Translations under genes and position numbers: made by a program
DNA from: Leucoraja erinacea
Lineage: Eukaryota
Reading direction: 5' to 3'
Assembly: GCF_028641065.1 (NCBI RefSeq)
Contig: NC_073408.1
Span: 10,478,001-10,542,000, forward strand
DNA length: 64,000 nucleotides
The notes under the pieces: generated by a model
What the model was told of the DNA's origin: nothing
What the model saw: only the letters and a program-made list of their open reading frames with translations
Database searches by the model: none
Part shown: one piece after another, positions 55,101 to 64,000 of the stretch
Numbering within the stretch: position 1 is the stretch's first letter
Layout: each line of letters begins with the position of its first letter

Positions 55101-58100
55101 ATCAAATAAGATCAAATAGAACAAGTTGTCCTACAACTTTATGTGCACACCATACGCAAGAAGAAGTTGATGAGCATTATTGAATCTCAACCGAAGCCCA
55201 CATTGTCTGCGTCGCACATTATACCAAGTTTAAACTAATCTTCTCTGCCTGCATATCCCTCCATCAACCTGCATATCCATGTGCCTATCCAAAAGCCTCT
55301 TAAATGTCACTATCATATCTGCCTCCACCACCATCCCTGGCAATGTGTTCCAAGCACCTACAACCCTCTGTATAAAAATCTTGCCCCACACATCTCCTTT
55401 AAATGTTGCCCTTCTCACCTTAAAGCTATGCCCTCGAGTGTTTGACATTCCACCCTGGGAATAAAGTTATGACTGTCTACCCTATCAGTTCCTCTCATAA
55501 TTTTATAAATTTCCATCCGGTCTGCTCCCCCACCTCCCAGCCTCCAATGTTCCAGAGAAAACAATCCAAGTTAGTCCAACTTCTCCTTAATACCTTCTAA
55601 TCTAGGCAGTGTTCTGGTAAATGGTTGCTGAATTACAACAGTAAGTTTATTACTGGGTGTACTAAAAAAACCATTCGCTAACAAACAATGATATTGTTTC
55701 TTGCCTTGGGTGAAGAACAAGAACAAGTTTGATGGTCAAGCACAAGAAACCCTTTAAATAATTAAGAGAAACCGAAATCAGAACAGTTGCAGTACACATG
55801 GTGCCCTCACCTGAAGGTACTTCAGTGGTGAGGCTTCTTCTGCCTGCTGGAAGGCAGCGTCCTGTGCCTGCTGCTGTTGACCTCTCTTTCGAGCCTCGTC
55901 TTGACTCATCTTTTCAGCAAACTGTGCCACCTTTTCAACTATCGCCCGAGCTGTGGCTACGAATAACATCTGCTGCTCCACCTCCTCCTTGTCCACTGTA
56001 CGGTGAAGAAGACAGGAGAGCATGCCACAACAACACTGGCAGGTAACGGGTAGAGCCAAACAGAAATGCAAAACACCGCAGCACCCTTGCCTTGTTTCAG
56101 AGATGGCGTGGGGAGATTCATTCTCTCCCTATATGAGCATAAGGAATAGGAGTAAGATTAGGCCATTTGGCCCATCACGTCTACTCCGCCATTCAATCAT
56201 GGCTGATCTATCTCTCCCTCCGAATCCCATTCACCTGCCTTCTCCCCATAACCTCCGACACCCGGACTAATCAAAAATCTATCGCCCTCTGACTAAATAA
56301 ATTTCTTCTCATCTCCTTGCTAAATGAACGCCCTTTAATTCTGTGGCTATGACCTCTTGTCCTAGACTCTCCCACTAGTGGAAATATCTTCTCCCCATCC
56401 ACTCTATCCAAGCCTTTCACTATTCTGCATGTTTCAATGAGGTCCCCCCTCATTCTTCTAAACTCCAGCCTAACTAATTATATGCTTTAATTTCAGGTCA
56501 TCCAGGTAAGATTGTTTCATATTTGTATCAGAATGCTTCAATCCATAATAACTGGAAATTTCATTCAGTTCTCTTAATTTTTAAGAAAGTTATGGGCTTT
56601 TGATCACATCTATGCTTTTGAGTTAAGTCAATGGAAAAGCAATTGGGAACAAGATGCTAATTTCCGAGTATGAAAATGGCCATAACTTTTTTAATACTGG
56701 AGATATTAAAGTGAATTAGGTGTCAAAAATAAACTTATTTTTATGCTTTATCTGATGGGATAAATTGCAGACTTGGATTTTTTAAATCTCAAAATTTTGT
56801 AACTTTGCTAAATATTGTACCGAGAAGCTACGCAGAATGTGGACTGTATTTACACTTCCTGATGTCTTGCTATTCTCTTCCATAACATAAAACAGAGAAC
56901 ATAAGTGGACTAATAGCATCAGAGGTCTCGTATGAACAGAAAATATAGAAGGGAAAAGAGAAATAAAAATCCAGTGTCTTGGGGTACCTGAATGGTTAAA
57001 ACGCATCAATGTTTGGGAAACAGAGAACGAGTTAGTTGTAAGTTGCATTTGGACATAGGGTTACCTTGTGATACCAAAACAATCGCATCAGCTGGCATCA
57101 GGGATGACAAATGTGATCCGTCTATGTCCCTGCGTTGTGCTTCATTCTGGGCACAGACGTGTAAAAGGGTGATTACTTCACCAAGAGCTCTCACCTCATC
57201 CTCAACCTGAAGACAATCAAGTAGAAGGATTCAGTACCTGCTGCATGGAACATCATCTACAAAACCCGAGGCAGGAGCGTGACCAATATTACCAGACTGA
57301 AGCTTGTGTCAAACGCTCAAGAGTTACAGTGTAGAAATTGAACTAATCTTACAGAATCATAACGGAATAACAATGAAATTAAATAAGTGAAGTGAAAGGG
57401 CTAATGCAAAATCTTATTAATCCAATGAAAAAAAATCCTTGTTAAATAAGGAAACTAAAGCTGTTGATAAGCTAAAGATTGTCTACATTTTTCTGATATG
57501 GATTTTAACTTCTGTATAATCGTTCAAAACCAGAGGGGTCAGGGAGAGATTGTTCTGCTGTGATAATTGTATGGAATAATTGGATTCCAAAAAGCCTCAA
57601 GCATTCTCAGAACAGTCTGAACAGATATGAACCCNNNNNNNNNNNNNNNNNNNNNNNNNNNNNNNNNNNNNNNNNNNNNNNNNNNNNNNNNNNNNNNNNN
57701 NNNNNNNNNNNNNNNNNNNNNNNNNNNNNNNNNNNNNNNNNNNNNNNNNNNNNNNNNNNNNNNNNNNNNNNNNNNNNNNNNNNNNNNGTATGATTCATAA
57801 ATTTACGATTATTAACTCGAGCATAAACTAAATATATTGATTCAATCATGATGCTGTACCTGGTCAAATCTGCAGTCGGGTTCGGTGTCAGAGACCTTCC
57901 GCAGTAAAACTTTTAAAGCATTAAATAGAGTTTCTTCCTTCTGTTGCTGATGCTGCCAATGTTCACGTCTACACTGGAGTTCTTCCTTCAGGGCATTGAG
58001 CTGAGTGGATACACACAGATGTAACGTCACCTGGGAGCACTGAACCATCACAGAACTTCAACAGTGACTATTTTCAGCACCATAACACGTCCCTTTGAAC

Positions 58101-60786
58101 TGAAGCTGAACCCAGCCAGTGTGTTTGAAGTGCACCCTTGCTATATCTACAGGGCATGAATGAACTCTCGTTTCCAGTTACAACTACTGATATCAATGAG
58201 GTTGCAGGATGGAAAACATGGCAAAGGAAAAAATATTACTCTGGTGCAGTAGGAGGTTTACGTCGCATGGGTGAGATTGGTACATGTGTCAGAGCAGAGG
58301 CAATTTCATTACCTCATTCTCTCCTTCCCTATAACTAAAATATATTTTAACTCAAACGTACCCATAAATTCCAATTGATTTTGCGTCATTAACCTGCACT
58401 AAGGGATAACTCGGAGTGGTGAATCAACTTATGGGGTCTTCGTTATGAAGAGGGGGTGAAACCAATGTGGAAGAATTTACAACTTCCTTCCAGACAAAAC
58501 CTGAAGTCAGGATTGATTTAACCTTTCATGTGGTGCTGTAAGGCGACAACAAAAAAACACAGCACAGTGGCGTGGCTGACCGAATGCGCCTCACAGTGCC
58601 AGAAACCCAGGTTCGATCCTGACTTCGGGTGCTGTCTGCATGGAGTTTGCACGCTCTCCTTGTGACCATGTGGGTTTCTACAGAGTGCTCCGGATTTCTC
58701 CCACATCGCAAAGACATGCAGGTTTGTGGGTTAATTGGTTTCTGCAAATCTCCCCTCGTGTGTAAAGAGAAAGTGGAATAACATAGAACAGGTGATTGAT
58801 GGTCGGAGTGAACCTGGTGGGCCGAAGGGCATCTTTCTATGTTGTATCTTTCAATCAATGAATCAAATGCTGTATCACTCTACCATCCCATACAAATTCA
58901 AGGACAGAGACATCAGCTGAATTACGTCACTCATCATCGCAAAGGTTTATGTGACATCTGACCTGATTGGTACTGGCACATAAAAATCTAAAGAGGGAAA
59001 GGCTTTGTTCATTCAAAATTGACAGAGAAAAGATGCAAAAAACCTAGCGACACTTCAGAGAAGATTTACTTGAATGGGACGAGGATTTTAGCTGTAAGGT
59101 TAGGTCGTGGCTATAATCCTGAGCAAAGTTGCTTGAGGAAGATTTTAAAGGATGATGGCAGTTTTAGACAAGGGAAGCAAAAGAAAGGTCTTCCCATTAA
59201 TTGATGGCACGTGGACAAGAAACACAGATATTCTCAGCAAGTGGTAAAGGAGGGATGTGAGGAACATTTTCTCCACAGTGAGTGATAACAATGTAGATGC
59301 CAATGTGATGTGATCAGAGATGATCAACGATTTGCGGCACAATGGCACAGTGGGAGAGTTGCTGCCTTACAGCGCCAGAGACCCAGGTTCGATCCTGACT
59401 ATGGGTGCTGTCTGTACGGAGTTTGTACGTTCTCCCTGTGACCATGTGGGTTTTCTCCGAGTGCTCCGGTTTCATCCCACACTCCAAAGATGTACAGATT
59501 TGTAGATTAATTGGCTTTGGTAAAAATTGTAAATTGTCCCTAGTGTGTAGGATAGTGCTAATTTATGGTCGCTGATTGGCGCAGACTCAGTGGGCCGAAA
59601 TACCCATTTCACCACTGTACCTCTAAAGTCTAAAGGCTAAAGTAAAGATTTCAACGGGAAATTGGATTGGCACCTGAGAGAAATAAACTTGCAGGGAGAT
59701 TGGGATAGAGTGAGGAAATGGGTTTGAATGGATCGTTCTATAGAGAATTGCTATGAGTGAGATGAGCTGGACGGAATATTTTGTAAGCATGTAACCATTT
59801 TACAACTCTATGAATTTCATATGCAAGTGGATATTAGCTCTTCAAGTAATAAAGCTAGTGATTGTCACCTTATCACCAGGAACACACCAGTATGTAACAG
59901 GCAATCGATATATCAAATACCTACACATGCATAGTTGATTCGACTGCCACTGGAATTGCCTGGGTGTACAATCACATTGCTTATATAAGAAATGATTTGT
60001 CTAAACATGAATGGCCGAGTAGGTTGAAAGTCACAATGGCATTTCCCACTGCATTACCATTTCCCCATTCAGCCTTCGTTTCATGCAACCTCCTGATGAC
60101 TGTAGGACAGGCACCACGATTCCTGTCTGTGGATCTCTGCGGGCTCCTACAACTGGGCCAGTTTCACCGGTGATGGGGTCAAAGCTTCTGGCACCAAGAG
60201 CAATCGGTATCAGTCCTAGAAAAGGTGAGAGGGGAAAAGATTTAATAGGAACCTGAGGGGCAACATTTTCACACAGAGGTTGGTGGGTAAATGGGATGAG
60301 TTTCCGGTGGAAGTAGTTGAGGCAGATGCAATGAAGAATGATGAATGAATGATACTCTATTATCACACGTGACATGTCACAGTAAAATTATTTGTTTTGC
60401 ATGCCATACACAAAGTATGCAAAGAGTCACCACGTATAGGGCACCTAACAATCTTTAAAAGGTTGGACAGGTACATGGATAGGAAAATTTGAAAGGGATG
60501 CAGGTAAATGATATTAGCTTAGGTGAGACATCTTTGTCAGCATGGGTGAGCTAGGTAACCATGTTGGAAAGCCATGACTCTCTGTTAGGTTTTAATGAGT
60601 TTAAGCATTAAATACCTTTTCCATCAGGATCCTCCATGGTCCCAGCAAGGGGGATGAGTCGGCCAGTAGCTGGATTGGATTCCACCCCTAAAATTGGCAC
60701 TTGCAGGCCAGAGCCTCCAGGGTCAGGAATCTGCATCCCTACAACGGCAGGGATTAGTAAACCTGTGCCGGCAAATGGGATCATCC
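34170..60786 (-). CDS. Large uncharacterised multi-exon protein (DP.TG-repeat region, long coiled coil, globular C-terminal domain); 5' end not resolved
   Basis: Phase-consistent GT-AG exons: 60616-60786, 60058-60215, 57860-58000, 57065-57206, 55811-55995, 51694-51819, 51378-51573, 50268-50424, 48713-48806, 47667-47915, 47277-47480, 46085-46267, 45409-45546, 44026-44205, 43423-43590, 42418-42561, 41859-42026, 40356-40560, 39116-39268, 38000-38151, 36333-36419, 35253-35399 and 34979-35155 (3725 nt, open). Probable last exon 34170-34271/34274 (CAGCAG acceptor, TGA at 34170-34172). Confidence 0.85.
34979..38151 (-). CDS. Unnamed gene: C-terminal globular domain exons (38000-38151, 36333-36419, 35253-35399, 34979-35155)
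   Basis: CEGNLMPLGIEKLSGSELDVYRFGIFIAQLV | APDINLLLASSLPMNNYTRNKFRNSFYYQ | HSRKELFIRRQQLTSVGDFSLLLVHCLAHIAAGELRDDSNPLYLTFFHQ | ALRGIFKETFFLR. Confidence 0.88.
36827..37082 (+). mobile_element. tRNA-derived SINE (HE1/V-SINE-like)
   Basis: GGCGGCACAGTGGC..AGCG A-box-like head, GTGCTGTCTGTGTGGA.TTTGCA core, CR1-like tail GAAGGGCCT.TTTCC...CTAAACTAAA. Confidence 0.75.
37230..37550 (+). mobile_element. Penelope-like element 3' end with terminal repeat
   Basis: ...LGSLHPSGMNIDFSNFK* followed by CTGAAGAAGGGTTTTGACCCGAAACGTC terminal repeat. Confidence 0.75.
39116..47915 (-). CDS. Unnamed gene: coiled-coil exon block (10 exons, mostly phase 0)
   Basis: E/K/Q/L-rich helical peptides, e.g. KLIKEHSERLQLQEKGLQQEIAQIEKDLEARR and ELKAFRQARMKELQEQLQNINEKR; canonical splice sites. 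Confidence 0.85.
44455..45038 (+). mobile_element. Rex1/Babar-clade LINE 3' fragment
   Basis: KKAHQRLFFLRRLKK...FYRCTIESILTNCITVWYGNC...HPNHGLFTLLPSGRRYRSLR; (GAATCT)n tail. Confidence 0.9.
46313..46705 (+). mobile_element. Rex1/Babar-clade LINE 3' fragment
   Basis: QRVVHRAQRVIG...SHP..GLFELFPSGRRYK...RLRNSFIPRAI; (TAT)n tail. Confidence 0.8.
53464..54503. mobile_element. Non-autonomous TIR DNA transposon (hAT-like?) nested in a CR1 tail
   Basis: Direct repeat CAATAGT at 53457-53463 and 54504-54510 (extendable to TACAATAGT); imperfect TIRs TAGCAACGTTACAAA / TTTGCAACATACCTA; host CR1 sequence resumes on both sides. Confidence 0.75.
56137..56469 (-). mobile_element. CR1-clade LINE 3' fragment
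   Basis: RGDLIETCRIVKGLDRVD.EK.FPLVGESRTRGH. Confidence 0.8.
56470..56810. mobile_element. Partial, inverted second copy of the 53464 element's left end
   Basis: Reverse complement of ~53464-53810, ending TTTTGTAACTTTGCTA. Confidence 0.8.
57635..57787. other. Assembly gap (153 N)
   Basis: Run of N within an intron. Confidence 1.
58560..58860 (+). mobile_element. tRNA-derived SINE (HE1/V-SINE-like)
   Basis: B-box GGTTCGATCC at ~58610, conserved core and CR1-like tail. Confidence 0.8.
59335..59640 (+). mobile_element. tRNA-derived SINE (HE1/V-SINE-like)
   Basis: A-box-like TGGCACAGTGG, B-box GGTTCGATCC, core GTGCTGTCTGTACGGAGTTTG. Related copies at ~4590-4850(-), 5675-6060(+), 14970-15240(-), 49700-50070(+), 60915-61230(+) and 63050-63380(-). 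Confidence 0.85.
60058..60786 (-). CDS. Unnamed gene: two exons of Gly/Pro-rich DP.TG repeats (60616-60786, 60058-60215)
   Basis: GMIPFAGTGLLIPAVVGMQIPDPGGSGLQVPILGVESNPATGRLIPLAGTMEDPDGK|GLIPIALGARSFDPITGETGPVVGARRDPQTGIVVPVLQS; phase-1 junction fits. Confidence 0.88.
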
Positions 60787-61692
60787 CTGTGGGAGAATCA
60801 AAGTCATCAGCAAAATTAACCCGCATTGCATATGCTGTTTGTCTATACCCTCATGTGTCATTGCACCCGTATCTAACCTCTTACAGAATATGGGAACATG
60901 GGGAAGCTGATGTAAGGTGTTGGCATGGTGACTGCCTCACAACACTAGGAATCCAGGTTCTATACTGACATCCGGTGCTGTCTGTGAGGAGTGTATCTTC
61001 TCCCTGAAACCACTGGTGCTCTGATTCCCTCCCACATCCCTATTATGTGTTGGTCCTTAATTGATTCCTGTAAATCACCAGTTAGTGTAAGTCACATGGA
61101 GAAGCAAAAGCGGAGGTAAGGGTGAATCAGTGGAAAGGGGTAGGGGGATATGTTGAATTGGATTGATGTGATTTCACTGCTGGGAGCTGGAATGTACTTG
61201 TTGGGCCAAATGACCTTCTTCTGTTTCATAATAAGTATGTGACACTATGATTTTCCTGTTCACCATCTATTCCTGTTTCTGACTGAAGATACACATGGAA
61301 CAGCAGCAGTATGAATATCAGGTCAACTATTCATTGAAGTGAACATGTTATACAACCAAATGAGAAGCCCAAGATAGTATCAAAAACCAGAGTAATATCC
61401 AAGTACAGCCATCTGTCTCTCACTTGTTGAGTGTAGGTTTGGAGGCTAAGAACTGAGGGAGTGGGCCACATCACCTCTGGAAGACATGCCCATCTGATAC
61501 AAGTTAGAGTGCTGCCTGACTACTTGAATATCCAATTTGGTGGTTGATGGGCTCCAATTACAAAAGTACAGTGTAAATAAACAGTGTCCTGGAAGGGATC
61601 GTGGAAATGGGAGATGGAAAACTGAGAAGCGTTTTACGGGGATAATTTTCATGCGGGCTAGAAGCTGTTGAACAGACTCCCCAACCTTTCTC

Positions 61693-62822
61693 ATAGAATA
61701 GAATAGAATAGTTTCTTTAATGTCATTGTAACATGGACCATGTACAACGAAATTTAAAATGTCAGCCAGTCAGTGCAGCATTCAAACATTTCTAAAAGCT
61801 AACGATACATACACGGTAAAATAATAAAGATAAACAACTAAATAAATATCACGAACAAAGCACGCATAAACACCCAACCCTCCATCCTTCTGTCGATTTC
61901 ACAGTTACCACAGTCCCTTAGTCTGTATCGCCCCTGCGTTCCTTGGCGGCTACATTTAGTGCTTTTATAGCAGTGGGGCAAAAACTGTTTTTTAGTCTGT
62001 TCGTCCTTGTCCTTGTAGATCTGTACCGTCTGCCTGACGGCAACAGTTCAAACAGGGAGTGTCCGGGGTGGGAAATGTCCTTTATGATATTCTGGGTTTT
62101 TTTGGTGCAGCGGGAACTGTGTAAGTCCTCCAAGGTAAGGAGAGGGCAGCCGACAATCCTCTGGGCGTTGTCAATGACCCTCTGGAGCGCTTTCCTCTGA
62201 GCCGCTGTGCAGCTGGTGTACCACACGCATACACAGTATGTTAGTATGCTCTCAATGGAGCACCGATAAAAGGACAGCAGCAGTCTCTGAGTGATGTTGT
62301 TCTTCCTGAGCACCCTCAGGAAGTGCAGTCTCTGCTGGACCTTTTTCAGCAGCGCAGTGGTGTTCACGCTCCACGTCAGGTCCTCCTCAATATGGATTCC
62401 CAGGAAGCGGAAATCCGCCACCCTCTCTACACAGTCCCCTCTGATAGTCAATGGTACCATGTCCGTTTTGTTCTTCCTGAAGTCTATTATTACTTCCTTT
62501 GTCTTTAAGGTGTTGAGGAGCAGGTTATTTTCTTCGCACCACACTGTCAGCTGCTCCACCTCATCCCGGTAGGCGTACTCGTCCCCCCCGGAGATGAGTC
62601 CCACCAACTGTAGTGTCATCCGCAAATTTGACAATGGTGTTGCTGTGGTGGGCGGGGGTGCAGTCATGTGTGTAGATGGTGTAGAGCAGGGGGCTCAGTA
62701 CGCAGCCCTGTGGAGAGCCGGTACTGAGGCTGAGGGCCGTGGATGTGTGATGGCCCACTCTGACTCTCTGGCTGCGACCCGACAGGAAGCTATTTATCCA
62801 CGTACAGGTGGAGTGTGGAAGT
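61693..62822 (-). mobile_element. Rex1/Babar-clade LINE, 5'-truncated, RT C-terminal half with one frameshift
   Basis: WINSFLSGRSQRV...TGSPQGCVLSPLLY..YTHDC...KFADDTTV / GLISGGDEYAYRDEV...LPSGRRYRS; frameshift near 62605; (ATAGA)n tail on +. Confidence 0.93.
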
Positions 62823-64000
62823 TTGCTAATCTAACCCTTCAGGTCCAACCTACCAATATGAGCTTCCAGATGTCCTACAATGAATGACCCATGGCAGATC
62901 AATTGGTGGAATCAAAGTAAGATTTCATCTCAAGAATGGATCGAAGCTGGTTTCTATCACGCTATAAAGCTGTTTCATAGTCCGTGTGCTGACCTGAAGC
63001 CAACGTTGAATTTTACTCCCAATTAACTAACACCTTCCCCAACCATGGAATCATATAGACCCCCCAGTTGCCTCCTTTCGAGTCCGCACCAAATCATCAA
63101 ACATCCATTTATACTGTCGTTCTTTAATCTAATTTTATTCTCTCTCACATTCTCATCAACTCTCCCCAAATTCTACCGCCCCCTACACACTCGGGGCAAT
63201 TTACAGAAGCCAGTTAATCTACAAACCCACATCTCTTTGCGATCTGGGAAAAAAACAGAGCACCCGGGGGAATCCACACATTCACGGAGAACCTGCAAAC
63301 TCCACACAGACAGCACCCGAGGAAACTTGGGGCGCTTGAACTGTGGGTCAACAGTTTACCCAGCTGTGTCACTGTACTGCCCATTTTTCTAAAAGATAAC
63401 CCTTGACTAACAGCCACTGGCTTCAAGTTATAGAACCTTGGGGAGCTGAGGAAGATGCTCTACAAATTTGATTTCTAATCTACTCTGGTTTGCGTGCAAG
63501 CTTTGGCCCATGCTGTGTACCTGTACACATGCAGGGGAAATTGAGACAGTTGAGGTTAAAGTTACAGGTATCTTGGGATGCACAAGCAGAGGCAGAGAGC
63601 ACAAAGGCAGAGAGCTTATCCTCTTCATAAAACTCTGGGGAAGTCAGAAGAGTAGAGGGTGCTGGAATCATGAGCAAAACACCAAGTTCACAAGTAACCC
63701 AATGGGTCAGCCAGCATCTGAAGTGAATATGGACAGACAACGTTTCAGATCGGGACACGTCTTCAGATTGAAGAATGCTCAGTCATATTCAATTCTGATC
63801 ATCACACCTTGGGAAGGAATAATGGATCACAGAAGAAGCAACAGTTCCAGGGATGAGGAAATTCATCTGCAGCGACAGACTGGAGAAATTGGAATGGTTC
63901 TCCTTGGAGTGAAGGCGTTTGATAGAATATTTGATAGAGATACACGTGGCACAGTGCCAGAGCCCCAGGTTCAATCCAAGCTATGGATACTGTCTGTATG

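Noticed and set aside
59335-59400. tRNA-like A/B boxes
   Set aside because: These are SINE heads that continue into the SINE core; no complete cloverleaf.

Overview
Eukaryotic, intron-rich vertebrate DNA, most likely from a cartilaginous fish (skate/ray-like; inferred from HE1/V-SINE-type SINEs and CR1, Rex1/Babar and Penelope relics). Three spliced protein-coding genes lie in tandem on the minus strand. (1) HINFP: CpG-island promoter at ~10.5-10.9 kb and six coding exons from 8257 down to 1510; the 3' part is outside the window and one intron is GC-AG. (2) A complete 9-exon DPAGT1 (30365 to 16069, 1221 nt, 406 aa). (3) The 3' part of a large unnamed gene: at least 23 phase-consistent exons from 60786 to 34979 (~1241 codons) plus a probable last exon at 34170-34274, encoding DP.TG/VP.LG repeats, a long coiled coil and a globular C-terminal domain with an H-C-L-A-H motif. 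Notable structure includes two young, self-complementary Tc1/mariner-type MITEs that bracket DPAGT1 exons 4-6; one of them has inserted into an out-of-order duplicate of exon 5, so the empty TA site is visible in the real exon. Also present: Penelope termini carrying hammerhead-like cores and fold-back pairs, a non-autonomous Helitron, an inverted pair of TIR-element ends around one exon, and an assembly gap at 57635-57787. All exon calls were made by eye from splice signals, reading phase and remembered protein similarity; no searches were run.
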